Part shown: positions 26,273 through 36,263 of the stretch, in pieces | How positions within the stretch are numbered: position 1 is the first letter of the stretch | How the letters are laid out: each line of letters begins with the position of its first letter | Source of the DNA: a virus | Taxonomy: Duplodnaviria > Caudoviricetes | IMG/VR virus record: IMGVR_UViG_3300031519_000066 | Coordinates: 1-40,376 of that record | Direction: 5' to 3' (one strand) | DNA length: 40,376 nucleotides | Position numbers and translations under genes: made by a program | Notes under the pieces: model-generated | What the model saw: only the letters and a program-made list of their open reading frames with translations | Told to the model about the DNA's origin: nothing | The model's database searches: none

Positions 26273-29200
26273 TAGTATCCAGCCCCACTACTGCCGGTAC
26301 TTGATCCCGAACCTGTTGTAGTAGAGCCTGACACTGCTGATCCTGTTGTCGTATTTGTCGTGGCAGTTGATGTTGATGTAACCACTGTACCGGACGCCGC
26401 CAATTGGTTGGCTCCCAGTGCAGTTATGATTGAAACATCATCAACGGTGGCCCCACTGATAAAAATCTCGTCTGCCGCTGAATTGATCTGGAACAGAGAC
26501 CCAAATCCTTGTCCTGCTTGGTTTGGCACGATAACTGCTGTCAGAATATCTGGAGCGAGTTGATTGTGTACGTAAGCGGCTAATTCTGTGTAGTAAAAAC
26601 TGTCACCGAAATCCCAGTTGTCAAGTGCGAAGAATTCATTTATCGCGGCAATGACCCTTGTCCTGATCACTGCGTCTGTGACATTCGTTTTTGTGTTCTT
26701 GACAACTTTGAATGTTGCTTGTAATTCCTCGTCTGCATTTGATCCGAACAGTATCCTGTATTTCACCGGATGGTAGACCACCTGGTCTGATAGTGATTTC
26801 ATTTTATCCAGTGTTCCCGAGTATGATATCCTCAGCTGGTCTGACGTTGAAGCGGCTGGTTTGGCTCCGCCATCCTGTAACCATATCCTGAATAAGTTGT
26901 CGTATGTTCTTTCCAACATGTACACGTCCACTATGTTTGACACACTGGGATCAATCCTTGTTTCCTGTCCGGCGTTGTGTCTGTACTGGAAGCTGATTGA
27001 ACTCCTGCCTCTCCTCGCTATGTAATCTGTTGTGGTCGTCAGTGTGTTTGTGGTCGTGCTGTATTTCTTGATCACGTCCTCTGCACTGTCATAGAAATAG
27101 AACAGCTGGCCGTCTGTGTACGCAGTTGTGTTTACGTTTATGTCTGTTTCGTTCTCTGCCACGATAAAATTCGTTGCGGCATAGAATCTGTATCTCTCTA
27201 TGGTGTCATAAGATATGTACTTCTCAAAGAACACGAACTTATTTGCTATGGAAGTGTCCGGTTCAACAAATATGTCAAATATTTCCGGATTGTCTACCAC
27301 GCCGTCATCGTCATCATCGTGGAAGCCGACCTTGACCTTCCTGTTGTCCTGGAATCCATCTGATTCAGTCACTGTGTCCACTACCTGCCATGTGATGGGA
27401 TAGCCCACACTGTTGCCTGTTGAGACAATTGAATTTGTTTTTAATAGTTTAACAGTGTCTTTCACACTCTTGCCCGTCTTGTAGTCGTAAATTTTTTCCT
27501 GTGCATCATAGTGGAACTTGTTCTGTCCCTCTGATTCAAATACGTAATCCAACTTCCTGTAAACCACCGTGTATGTGTTCCCGTCATTGGTGAACTTGAA
27601 CCACCAGCTGGCGTCCAGGTTCGTGCCTGCTGTTGAGCCTGCCCCTGCTGTGCCGAATACGGAACTAGCACTCAGATTCGTGCTTGTTATAACTTTCCAT
27701 TCTGCCGCATCCTGGTCGTATCTCAGGCCAAATTCCTCGTATGCTTCAATCCTGTCAATGATGTCTGCTTCAAGGGTTGCTGAGAATGATGTTGTGAACG
27801 CAGGTATCACTGCATTGATCACAGACCCGGCCGGTATTACATCGTTGATCGTTATCGGTCCTGTCCCGTCCTCTAGATTTCCCACACCCCCATTTGCACC
27901 ATCCAACACAACTGCACCAACCTTGGCCCATGCCCTGTCTTCTGCATTGTCTGTTCCTGCTGTTACTAACTTGTCGTTTAGGAATTCCCTGGTATCCGGT
28001 GACGTGAATTTGATCAGTGCACCTGTTTTGGCATATTTCAAATTTGACGTTGCGAAGTCTCCAACAACCAGTGCCCCACCTGATGTGAAGTATCCTGTGT
28101 TGGTGTTTGTTGATGTCGTAGTGGAGTTCCACGTTGCACTCAGACTGCTGAGATCCTTTGTGCCATATTTCAGATAGTAGAACTGTCTGGCATATGCTTC
28201 TTTTAATTTTGCCTCTACTGATACATCAATCGTTGACTGTATCTCGCTCCTGTTGTTGAATGAGAATGCGAACTGCTGTGTGCTTTCTTCCCTGTACAAC
28301 ATTCCGTCTTCCGCGAACACGTTCACGTTCGAGTACGCACCCGTGGGGTCCAACACCTCCTTGGCCCTTGATATGCCTGATGCTGACCTGTTCACCGATC
28401 TCACTTTGACGATCTCCTGTGATGCTGACAGAGGTACCACCTGGTAGTCCTCGGCAGTTATCATCCTGTTCTGTGAGTAGTAGACCTGTGCGGCCTTCTC
28501 CTTGATCGAAGCGTTTGATTCTGTTGCTGTACTGTTGTACACTGATGACTTCAGACTCATGGTCAGTGTCAGTGTCTGTTGTGCACCGTTGGCATCCGTG
28601 TATGGCACAGACAGTGTAATGCCCTGCATGTCTGCTGGCTGTATTGCAAACTTGGCATTGTCACTGATCCTGTGATATGTTCTGAATGCACCCAATGGTA
28701 AGTTTGAGAAGTTTCCGTCACCGAACACAAGGTCTATTGAGTCATTCACCTTCGTCACGACATTGTATGTGTTTCGTTCTGCTTTTGCAAGTGAATTGTA
28801 AATTGCGTTGTTTCCTGCCAATGATGGTACCTTGGTCCACTGTTCTGTCAGCTGTCCGAACTGGTCAAGTCTGTACAACCAGACATCTGTGTCATTGATG
28901 TTTGAAATATTTAAACTCTTGACGTAATTGGTTATGGCTGTGTCCACCGAAAAATCTATCTGTTGCATCGTCCCTTGTTTGAAGAGGAAGAAGAATCCTG
29001 TGTTGTTGGAGCTGTCTCCTGAACCATCCGACCGGTAGGTGTATGTCAGTCCTGTTCCCGGCACTGGTGATGACTCGTATATTGATTCTGAATTGTTGAT
29101 CGTGCTTGGCACTACCTCAAACTGTCTAGTAACACCGCCAACGCCCTTGCTGAAAGAGAATATTGGAAGATCTATTTGGTTTGAGCTCAGTGTGTATACT

Positions 29201-29754
29201 TCTGTTGTGATGCCGCCTATCGGGCCTGACTCCCTGGGACTGCCAAATAGTTGTCCTGTCTGGTTGGCCGCATTCAGTACTGATGTGAACTGTTCTCTGT
29301 AATTTGAATTGGCTGAATCATTCCATATAATGTTTGAATTCGCTAGGTTCGTTCCTGTTGAATCTGCGACATCCTGTGTTGTTGAAATTGAATCAATCTT
29401 CAGAAGTCCTGTCGCCGGTTGGTTCCTCTTGGCGTTGTAGTTGATCAGTCTCGCCAATCTCAACACAGAGTTCCTTCTCTCCGCTGTCTCTAGGAAATTT
29501 TCCCTTGCGTTCAGATCCACCCTGAAAGAAAGTGCCTGTGCTATGTAGGCTATCAGATCTATCAGTGCAACGTACTCAGAGCTCTCCACGAAGTCATTGA
29601 AATCGTCCGGGTAGTTCTCACGCAGATATGCCACCATGGTCCTTCTCAGTGTCTCGAAGTCGTAGCTCTTGAAATCTGCCTGTTGGAAGGACTGGTAGAT
29701 CTTCCTCCAATCTTCCGCTACTAGTAATCGGTTCTGTCTATCTGTTGTGGCCAT
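26272..29754 (-). CDS. Baseplate wedge subunit, T4 gp6-like
   Basis: DFETLR..YL..DFVESSEYVALIDLIAY, ENFLETAERRNSVLRLA, LVFGDG, QNRMITAEDY; follows gp25. Confidence 0.9.
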   Translation of the reverse strand: MATTDRQNRLLVAEDWRKIYQSFQQADFKSYDFETLRRTMVAYLRENYPDDFNDFVESSEYVALIDLIAYIAQALSFRVDLNARENFLETAERRNSVLRLARLINYNAKRNQPATGLLKIDSISTTQDVADSTGTNLANSNIIWNDSANSNYREQFTSVLNAANQTGQLFGSPRESGPIGGITTEVYTLSSNQIDLPIFSFSKGVGGVTRQFEVVPSTINNSESIYESSPVPGTGLTYTYRSDGSGDSSNNTGFFFLFKQGTMQQIDFSVDTAITNYVKSLNISNINDTDVWLYRLDQFGQLTEQWTKVPSLAGNNAIYNSLAKAERNTYNVVTKVNDSIDLVFGDGNFSNLPLGAFRTYHRISDNAKFAIQPADMQGITLSVPYTDANGAQQTLTLTMSLKSSVYNSTATESNASIKEKAAQVYYSQNRMITAEDYQVVPLSASQEIVKVRSVNRSASGISRAKEVLDPTGAYSNVNVFAEDGMLYREESTQQFAFSFNNRSEIQSTIDVSVEAKLKEAYARQFYYLKYGTKDLSSLSATWNSTTTSTNTNTGYFTSGGALVVGDFATSNLKYAKTGALIKFTSPDTREFLNDKLVTAGTDNAEDRAWAKVGAVVLDGANGGVGNLEDGTGPITINDVIPAGSVINAVIPAFTTSFSATLEADIIDRIEAYEEFGLRYDQDAAEWKVITSTNLSASSVFGTAGAGSTAGTNLDASWWFKFTNDGNTYTVVYRKLDYVFESEGQNKFHYDAQEKIYDYKTGKSVKDTVKLLKTNSIVSTGNSVGYPITWQVVDTVTESDGFQDNRKVKVGFHDDDDDGVVDNPEIFDIFVEPDTSIANKFVFFEKYISYDTIERYRFYAATNFIVAENETDINVNTTAYTDGQLFYFYDSAEDVIKKYSTTTNTLTTTTDYIARRGRSSISFQYRHNAGQETRIDPSVSNIVDVYMLERTYDNLFRIWLQDGGAKPAASTSDQLRISYSGTLDKMKSLSDQVVYHPVKYRILFGSNADEELQATFKVVKNTKTNVTDAVIRTRVIAAINEFFALDNWDFGDSFYYTELAAYVHNQLAPDILTAVIVPNQAGQGFGSLFQINSAADEIFISGATVDDVSIITALGANQLAASGTVVTSTSTATTNTTTGSAVSGSTTTGSGSSTGSSGAGY

Positions 29755-29779
29755 AGTTTTATCAACTCGTTAACAACGA

Positions 29780-29787
29780 TATTTATG
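29780..29787 (-). promoter_or_regulatory. Late promoter CATAAATA
   Basis: Intergenic, 25 nt upstream of the gp6-like ATG. Confidence 0.6.
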
Positions 29788-29807
29788 TGTTAGGAAATGT
29801 GCGTACT

Positions 29808-30218
29808 TTAAGATAGGCGCAACAGTGAGTTCTCATCAAAGTTGAATCTCAGCTTCTCTGTGATGTTCAGGGGAACATACGTTATAGTTGCCTGTATGGC
29901 TATGCCACTGCCTGCTTCAGATACCAGTATTTCCTCTGTGGAGATACGTGGATCTGCATTTAGGTTGGCTGTGATGTCCTCTATAATAGCGTCCTTCAGT
30001 GCTTCCGTGAATGGTTCAAACAGTGCATCGTATATTATAGTGCCAAACTCAGGGTTCTCCACCCTCTCGCCCTTACGTATGCTTAACCTGTTTATGAGAT
30101 CCTGCTTGGCCACCTCGAAGTCATACAGCTTGAAGTTCTTCTGGTCTGCCCTGGAACTGAAACCCTTGAATGTTACCGTACCTTTGTTCAGATTTGTTGT
30201 GTCGTCTCCGTATGCCAT
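29808..30218 (-). CDS. Baseplate wedge subunit, gp25/GPW family
   Basis: KQDLINRL..RKGERVENPEFGT.I...LFEP..ADPRI. Confidence 0.92.
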   Translation of the reverse strand: MAYGDDTTNLNKGTVTFKGFSSRADQKNFKLYDFEVAKQDLINRLSIRKGERVENPEFGTIIYDALFEPFTEALKDAIIEDITANLNADPRISTEEILVSEAGSGIAIQATITYVPLNITEKLRFNFDENSLLRLS

Positions 30219-32695
30219 TAGTTCAATCTCCTGAATTCAACATCCACCTTGCTGTAATCTACCATGTAGAATCCTGTGTCTGTCATTTCTCTCGCCCATG
30301 GAACTTCCTGTGCCATCACGCCCTCGTATGTTCCTGCTGACTGTTTGTATTTAAACGAATATATGTTGATGCCTGCGGGTGACTTGCCAATTAATCGTAT
30401 GTCTTCTTTCAGTCTGCTGTCACTGAAAAATTTACCTATGGCCGATACTGCACCACCTATGGAGCCACCTAATGATGTGGGGAGCGAGATTCCCCCGACC
30501 GACTTCATCAAAGTGGAGAATCCCGATGCCTGGAAGCTGGGACCGTAACCACTGTGTTTGAAGAATTTTGATGCCGTACTTGCTATACTTGAAATACTTG
30601 AAACGTTTGTAATACTACCTGCCATAACATTCTTGTACACATTCGTGATCGTGCTCACGTCGTTTGCTATTGATCCAATGTTTCCTATGTTTAAATTTCC
30701 TGTTATTCCTTGTACCGTGTTCAATACATTGCCTAGGTCGGCCCCGCCACCCCTCAGTGAGTACAACTGTCCGGCCGCATTGGCAAACACGTTGTCCTTG
30801 AACAACTGTACCGCACCGTTTCCGGATATGCTATCTATCACCTGGTTGGTCAGCTGTTTCGTTAAATTATTTGTGACATCACCTATTGTGTCTTTGACGT
30901 TGAAATTCTTCAACTTGTTGGATATGCTTTCTACATCTTTGAACGTGCCCTTGGCCTGGTTTATCACATTGAATGTCTTGTCATATTTGGTTCCGAAATC
31001 TGCGATCAGCTCCCGTGCCTTGACAGCACTTGTTGAACTGCCCATCTTGTCTTTCAGCCATCTCTCCGAGTCTGCCTGGAACTGTCCAAGCCTGATGCTC
31101 TCTATGGGCGAGATCCTGTTGTTCTGTTCCATGTACTCCACCGTGCCTGGTGTGCTGGAAAGTCTGTACCACATTTTCGTGTCCAGACGATCGCCTAGTG
31201 GATCCGAGCTTGGTAGGTGTCCTTCTGAAGTGAATCCCCTAAATCTTGGCATTGGTTCGTGTGTGACGAACCTGTGTACTGTTGTCTTTGTTTTCTTGGT
31301 GAAAGATTGTAGTGGTTCTATGCCCTTCTTGGTCAGTTCCACATCTCCCTCTTCCCTTGGCGTCATTCCCACCTTGTCTGTGGTCAACCAGTTTGGTCCC
31401 CAACCCGGACTTGCTCCTGTTGAATTCATGTGTACCTGCGATCCTGCCAGGTGTATTGCTCCACCGGCTCCGTGCAGTTGTACCCCGGGTGTGAATGATG
31501 TCAATCCATCCCTTGCGAAATCCCTTATTGATCCTGCCTGTGAGCTGTTGAATATTCCTTTGTCTCCCATGTTGAACATGGCCGAGGCCGACTGCACCAT
31601 GTCCGTCTCCGCACTCATCCTTACAGATCCCGCGGCGTGCATGTTGATGTTGGCATCGCTGTGTAGGTTGAAGTCACCCTGTGTCCTGATGTTTATGCCT
31701 CCCACTCCGGAGTAGAGATCTATCTTGCCGTCCCTGTTCATCTCTATCCATGCGTTACCCGAACCATTGGCTATGTAAACTATGCCGTCAGTGTCATGCA
31801 TAAGCAACTGGTGTCCAGAGGCCGTCCTCAATCTCGTCAGTTGGTTCGTGCCATCTGCCGCACCATCGTCCATGGTGAACGTGTGTCCTGGTGTCCTCAC
31901 GACATAGTCAGTCGCTCCTGAATCCTTTGGTCCCACCTGTTCTTTTGTTGTTCCTGTGTCCTTACGACCCGGTGTGCTGATGCCAAATACCTGGCTGGGC
32001 GATTCCCTACGTGCTGAACTTGATGTGTTACCCCTGATGTCATCTGCACTCAATCCCTGTTTGACCAGTATGTCAGCGAATGGGTGTATGGGCAGTGACG
32101 TTCCCTCGTAATTCCCGTTTGCCAGTGCTCCTGGGGTTCTCCTGTTGAGTTCTCCTGCGGGAACATTTGTTGATCCGTATGTTTGTAATTTGTCGACCGT
32201 GGACTGCGCCGTTCCGGGAGGACCATCCTGTTGTCCCGTGGTCTTGTCCCATGTTCTGGTACTTGATGCTATGCCCGGTACCATGTGGTTGGTGTAGGGA
32301 TCCTGTATGCATCCTATCCAGTAGGCCTGCTCCATCTTGCCTTCTGCGAATATCACTAGAACTTTCGTTTCAAGATCAGGTGGTACTCCCCAGAAACCAT
32401 AAGAGTGCTGTGAGTCGTTGTACTCCCTTGATGCACCATTCGTTTTTTGGGCGTCCTTGGCTCCATAGAAAGGAGAAAGGTAGTCACAGGTCACCAGCTG
32501 GTTCTCTGTAACGTCCTTGGAACCTACCTTCGCGAGACTGGGTATAAGCACCGACAGTCGTCCCATCCTGGTTGGATCGGAGTTGCCCTTGACTATGCCA
32601 AAGTATGGTCCCGGATTGGAAGCTGACCAGTCTTGGTCATTGCCCGGTGCCTTGGATGTTGATGCGTCTCCTTGTAAATAATTTTTAAGTGCCAT
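30218..32695 (-). CDS. gp5/VgrG-like central spike, no lysozyme domain, with C-terminal peptidase S74 intramolecular chaperone
   Basis: OB-fold DPTRMGRLSV..YGFWGVPPD..VLVIF; RTPGHTFTMDD/RTASGHQLLMHD beta-helix; THEP; FF|SDSRLKEDI..IYSFKY..GVMAQEV. Confidence 0.85.
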   Translation of the reverse strand: MALKNYLQGDASTSKAPGNDQDWSASNPGPYFGIVKGNSDPTRMGRLSVLIPSLAKVGSKDVTENQLVTCDYLSPFYGAKDAQKTNGASREYNDSQHSYGFWGVPPDLETKVLVIFAEGKMEQAYWIGCIQDPYTNHMVPGIASSTRTWDKTTGQQDGPPGTAQSTVDKLQTYGSTNVPAGELNRRTPGALANGNYEGTSLPIHPFADILVKQGLSADDIRGNTSSSARRESPSQVFGISTPGRKDTGTTKEQVGPKDSGATDYVVRTPGHTFTMDDGAADGTNQLTRLRTASGHQLLMHDTDGIVYIANGSGNAWIEMNRDGKIDLYSGVGGINIRTQGDFNLHSDANINMHAAGSVRMSAETDMVQSASAMFNMGDKGIFNSSQAGSIRDFARDGLTSFTPGVQLHGAGGAIHLAGSQVHMNSTGASPGWGPNWLTTDKVGMTPREEGDVELTKKGIEPLQSFTKKTKTTVHRFVTHEPMPRFRGFTSEGHLPSSDPLGDRLDTKMWYRLSSTPGTVEYMEQNNRISPIESIRLGQFQADSERWLKDKMGSSTSAVKARELIADFGTKYDKTFNVINQAKGTFKDVESISNKLKNFNVKDTIGDVTNNLTKQLTNQVIDSISGNGAVQLFKDNVFANAAGQLYSLRGGGADLGNVLNTVQGITGNLNIGNIGSIANDVSTITNVYKNVMAGSITNVSSISSIASTASKFFKHSGYGPSFQASGFSTLMKSVGGISLPTSLGGSIGGAVSAIGKFFSDSRLKEDIRLIGKSPAGINIYSFKYKQSAGTYEGVMAQEVPWAREMTDTGFYMVDYSKVDVEFRRLN

Positions 32696-32696
32696 T

Positions 32697-35072
32697 TTAT
32701 TTGTTTAGTATGCTTGATAGTTTATCCTTGAATTTTCTTTTTACACTGTTAGTTAAGTCATCAATTCCGCCCAACGCGGCCCTCTTGGCCAAAAGCATTA
32801 GATCTGTTTTTGTTGTTAGTTTACCAGCCACTGATAACGATGACTCTGGATCAGATATGTCAACGCCCTGGTTGTTGAACCTGGTCATTGTCAGTACGTT
32901 CGTGTATCGGCCACTGTCAAAGCTGTGTTCCACCTGTACCACCCTGTAGAGTCCGGAGAATTCCGCTGACTGGTCACTACGCATATCATACACGCCTGTC
33001 TGGTCATTTATGTCCGTTGGCATCCTGAACTTCAGCAACACCACTGGCTCTGCCAGATCGGCATTGAAACAGTGCAGTGTTGGGTTCCACACCTTGTCCG
33101 AGGAACCGTGGAAGTAATCCATGTTTGTGTCTGTGTGCGTTCCGTTTCCTGACGCCTGTGGGGTTGGCGGTATGAACTGTGACTGGCCCAGATAGGCCGG
33201 GTCACCCAGTATGGTCATCCTGACCACCACCATGTCCGCGAGTGGGTGCGTCAGTGAATCAAGGAAAGCGTCCAGGACCGGTGCCGTGCCTCCCGTCTTA
33301 CCTGCCGACCCTGACTTGACCCCACTAACTTCTGAGCTGACGAGAAGATTCCCGTCACTGCCCTGTCCCCTGGCTGTTGATCCACCTGTTGCTCTGGCAA
33401 CGTTGTCCTTGCTGACTATGTTGATCTTCCTGGAGTCGCTGGGTTCCACGTCCTTCAGTCTGCTCTGGAAGTAGGCCACCCTGTACTTGATGTCTAGGTC
33501 CAGTATGTCAGTGTTCTCTCCCGTGAATATGTAGTTGTATTTCTTGTGTACGAAGTTCATGAAGGCTTGGCCTGTGCTGGTACCTGGTATTGCCAAGGAC
33601 ATCGCATGTACCTTGTACGGTTCTATCGTGTAGATGATTTTCTTGACGTTCTTGTTCCTTATCGTGTCAAATTTTGATGTTGGTACCACACTGCCTTTTA
33701 TCCTGAAGTAATCATAATAGAAACTTTCCGTGGGTGCCTCATCAAAGTCATGGGCCGGTGTGAACTTGGACACAGGGGTCTGGTCTCCTGTGTTCTTCTT
33801 TTTGAAGTCCTTGAATTTGTCGTCCGTGAAATCCGGGTGTCCCTTCATTATCTCTTCCAGTATCTTTGTTACAGCATTGTTTTGATTGAACCTCAGGTAG
33901 TCTTGGTTGCTTGGTCCGGTACCTTGTGTCGTGAACATTCCTGCCTGGTCTATGGATACCGTGGAGATCGTCACTTCGGGCCTCAGTTTTTGGTTTATGG
34001 ATATCTCGTACACATCTGGATGTTCGATCAGTCCCTGATCTGCTTCATCCTGGTTCTGTTTGTTCAGTGCCTTTTCAAGTTCCTTCACCACACCGCCCAG
34101 TGTCCTGTCGTTGGTCAATGACAGCTTGCCTGTGGTCCTGGGCCAGTTGTATCTGTTCACGTATGAGGCCTCATTCATCGGTATCGCTGTCAGGGTGTAT
34201 GACGTGCCGGCACTGGTGACCGACATGTCCATGTCGACCAGCTTAATCGGTATCCTACGATCCAGTGACCCCTTCACCTTGTCTGTTATGGTGTTGCCCA
34301 GTTCGTCAAATCCTGCGAAGTTCATGGTCAACAGGAACGGTGCATCCAGGTGGTCCAGGTAGCCGTTGTTGATGGCGGCACCCCTGATCTTCTCCAGTAG
34401 GCTGATCCCAGCGGGTTCTATCAGTTCCATCTTGACCTGTGTTACCCCTGTCAATCTTCTCTGCTCGTTGAGGCCTGGTATTGCATTCATGTTCACGCTT
34501 TTGAAATATATGTCTCTGTTCTTGCCCAGTGTCGCCCGGCTCTTGTCCAGGGCACCCTTTAGCCGTTCATTGCCGGGGGAGTTGATTATTTTATCGTTGG
34601 GGCCACCAGCAACATTTCTCATATTGTTTTGAGTATCGGCCGTTGTATCACTCTTGTTGGCGTCAGGACCTATGCCTGAACTCCTGGCAATTATGTCATG
34701 CGGTGCCGATTGCATCAGCAATTTGGTGTTCTCCAGTTCTCTCTGGCCCAGGGCACTCAGTGTGAACAGCACATTGTACGAAGCATACTTGAACAACTGG
34801 TTGGGTTCTGATATGTCGACTACCTGCTGTCTTTTATCATCTGTACCGGTCGTGGTCCTGTTGGTTTCCTCATTATATTGTCTGCTACGATAATCTTCCT
34901 GGGCGTTGTAATCTGCCGCTGTTGTTCCACCTGCAGTGAAGTTGGCATCGTTGTCGTAGAAATTCTTTTTAATTTTATCGTTGACCGCTTTTGATCTAGA
35001 GTTGGCCTGCTCGTTGATAGTTTTAATTTTCGACGTTGTGTCTTTAGATGATCTATAGACTTGTTTGGCCAT
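32697..35072 (-). CDS. Baseplate hub protein (gp27/gpD-like)
   Basis: YASYNVLFTL N-terminal motif; C-terminal MTILGDPAYL..SGLYRVVQVEHSFDSGRYTNVL, typical of hub proteins; lies between gp53-like and gp5-like. Confidence 0.65.
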   Translation of the reverse strand: MAKQVYRSSKDTTSKIKTINEQANSRSKAVNDKIKKNFYDNDANFTAGGTTAADYNAQEDYRSRQYNEETNRTTTGTDDKRQQVVDISEPNQLFKYASYNVLFTLSALGQRELENTKLLMQSAPHDIIARSSGIGPDANKSDTTADTQNNMRNVAGGPNDKIINSPGNERLKGALDKSRATLGKNRDIYFKSVNMNAIPGLNEQRRLTGVTQVKMELIEPAGISLLEKIRGAAINNGYLDHLDAPFLLTMNFAGFDELGNTITDKVKGSLDRRIPIKLVDMDMSVTSAGTSYTLTAIPMNEASYVNRYNWPRTTGKLSLTNDRTLGGVVKELEKALNKQNQDEADQGLIEHPDVYEISINQKLRPEVTISTVSIDQAGMFTTQGTGPSNQDYLRFNQNNAVTKILEEIMKGHPDFTDDKFKDFKKKNTGDQTPVSKFTPAHDFDEAPTESFYYDYFRIKGSVVPTSKFDTIRNKNVKKIIYTIEPYKVHAMSLAIPGTSTGQAFMNFVHKKYNYIFTGENTDILDLDIKYRVAYFQSRLKDVEPSDSRKINIVSKDNVARATGGSTARGQGSDGNLLVSSEVSGVKSGSAGKTGGTAPVLDAFLDSLTHPLADMVVVRMTILGDPAYLGQSQFIPPTPQASGNGTHTDTNMDYFHGSSDKVWNPTLHCFNADLAEPVVLLKFRMPTDINDQTGVYDMRSDQSAEFSGLYRVVQVEHSFDSGRYTNVLTMTRFNNQGVDISDPESSLSVAGKLTTKTDLMLLAKRAALGGIDDLTNSVKRKFKDKLSSILNK

Positions 35073-35074
35073 GA

Positions 35075-35374
35075 TTAAATCCCCAGATCTTTGAGAAGAG
35101 ATTCCTTCTTGGGCAACTGTATGGTCACGCCCGGTTTGAAATCGTATATGGGATCTTCCAGCTGGTCCGGATTACGTTGCACGAAAACCCACCACAGCCT
35201 AGGTGAACCGTAAAGATCATAGGCCAGTAGGTCTGGTCGGTATGCGTAGGTCCTCTCTATGGTGTAGCTCTGGTCATCCTGTTCCGCTGTGATGGTCCTG
35301 GGATTCAGTATGCCAAGATGGTCTGACATTTCCTGTGTGGTCGAGTACGGTGATGTGTTTGAGTAAATTGCCAT
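35075..35374 (-). CDS. gp53-like / LysM-type baseplate protein
   Basis: YRPDLLAYDLYGSPRLWWVF..RN..DPIYDF..G..IQLP. Confidence 0.85.
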   Translation of the reverse strand: MAIYSNTSPYSTTQEMSDHLGILNPRTITAEQDDQSYTIERTYAYRPDLLAYDLYGSPRLWWVFVQRNPDQLEDPIYDFKPGVTIQLPKKESLLKDLGI

Positions 35375-36210
35375 TAGATGAATCCTACCTCATTGTCACC
35401 CTTGCCGTTCAGCTGTCCGTTAACGAATTTCTTCATGGAGAAGTCCTTGACAGATTCCCTTGAGTAGATCGGTGTCACCAGTACCGATATGTTTGACAGT
35501 GTGGGTGCCCAGGTCATGGGTTCACTGCTGTTAGCTAAAACATCTGGTTGGTTGGGACCTGTTGGAATACTCCTGAAAGGTGTGGATTCCTGTTTTGTGG
35601 AAATGTAGTCTATGCCTGCCCTAAGCTCAACGTTGAACGAGTTCAGTACCACCGGCACCTTCTGGAACATGTGGTCGCCGTAGCCTGACAGGTGCAGTAT
35701 TGGTGGTGGATTGCCTTTCAGTCCATCTAGGTCATCCTTGCCAAAGAACATCTTGGTCGCTGTCCTTAGGAAGTTTACTGTTGCCACCCAGTGCTGTGCA
35801 TCCTGTTGATTCTGTACTGGAAACTCTCCAATTATGTTCAGTGAGTCCACCTGTGAGTTCTGGTAGGCCTGGTGTGGGAAGTTGCTGTGTGTCATGTCCA
35901 TGGCATTGTAGTTGGCCGAGTGCTGTATCACCATGGATGGTGTCAATGGCCAGAATATGCCGCCAATGCCTGCCAGGGGTTGCATCAGTGGATTGTTGTC
36001 AAAATCAAAGAAACCGGTCAGCGGACCATTTGGCACGGTCAGTTTCACACGCCAGTCTTGGTTGTCGGCCCTACCACTCCAACGGGCAGTGGCCCTCCTT
36101 ATGTGGTTGCTGTTGCCCGTGATACCAGATCCGAACAGCCTGCCCACTGTCCTGTTCAGTATGCCTGTGCCCACGTTCTTGACTATTTTTCCAAATGTAT
36201 CTATTGCCAT
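35374..36210 (-). CDS. Tail-tube initiator/baseplate protein (gp48/gp54-like tube fold)
   Basis: WPLTP..HSANY..THSN..YQNS, GNPPPILHLSGYG..VPVVLNSF; first gene of the late block. Confidence 0.65.
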   Translation of the reverse strand: MAIDTFGKIVKNVGTGILNRTVGRLFGSGITGNSNHIRRATARWSGRADNQDWRVKLTVPNGPLTGFFDFDNNPLMQPLAGIGGIFWPLTPSMVIQHSANYNAMDMTHSNFPHQAYQNSQVDSLNIIGEFPVQNQQDAQHWVATVNFLRTATKMFFGKDDLDGLKGNPPPILHLSGYGDHMFQKVPVVLNSFNVELRAGIDYISTKQESTPFRSIPTGPNQPDVLANSSEPMTWAPTLSNISVLVTPIYSRESVKDFSMKKFVNGQLNGKGDNEVGFI

Positions 36211-36219
36211 TCTTAACGG

Positions 36220-36248
36220 TTGCTTTCCCTTGTAAAATTATGTATACT
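36220..36248 (+). promoter_or_regulatory. Sigma70-type promoter TTGCTT-N17-TATACT for the gp55-gp47-gp46 operon
   Basis: TTGCTT 36220-36225, 17-nt spacer, TATACT 36243-36248. Confidence 0.7.
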
Positions 36249-36255
36249 TAAACTA

Positions 36256-36263
36256 TATTTATA
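36256..36263 (-). promoter_or_regulatory. Perfect T4 late promoter TATAAATA heading the structural block
   Basis: Plus strand tatttata; 45 nt upstream of the ATG at 36210. Confidence 0.75.

Noticed and set aside
586-36235. Many long plus-strand ORFs (e.g. 30558..31715, 19140..20060, 11049..11777, 9342..10061)
   Set aside because: Antisense shadows of Thr/Gly/Asp-rich minus-strand genes with biased codons; no recognisable motifs.
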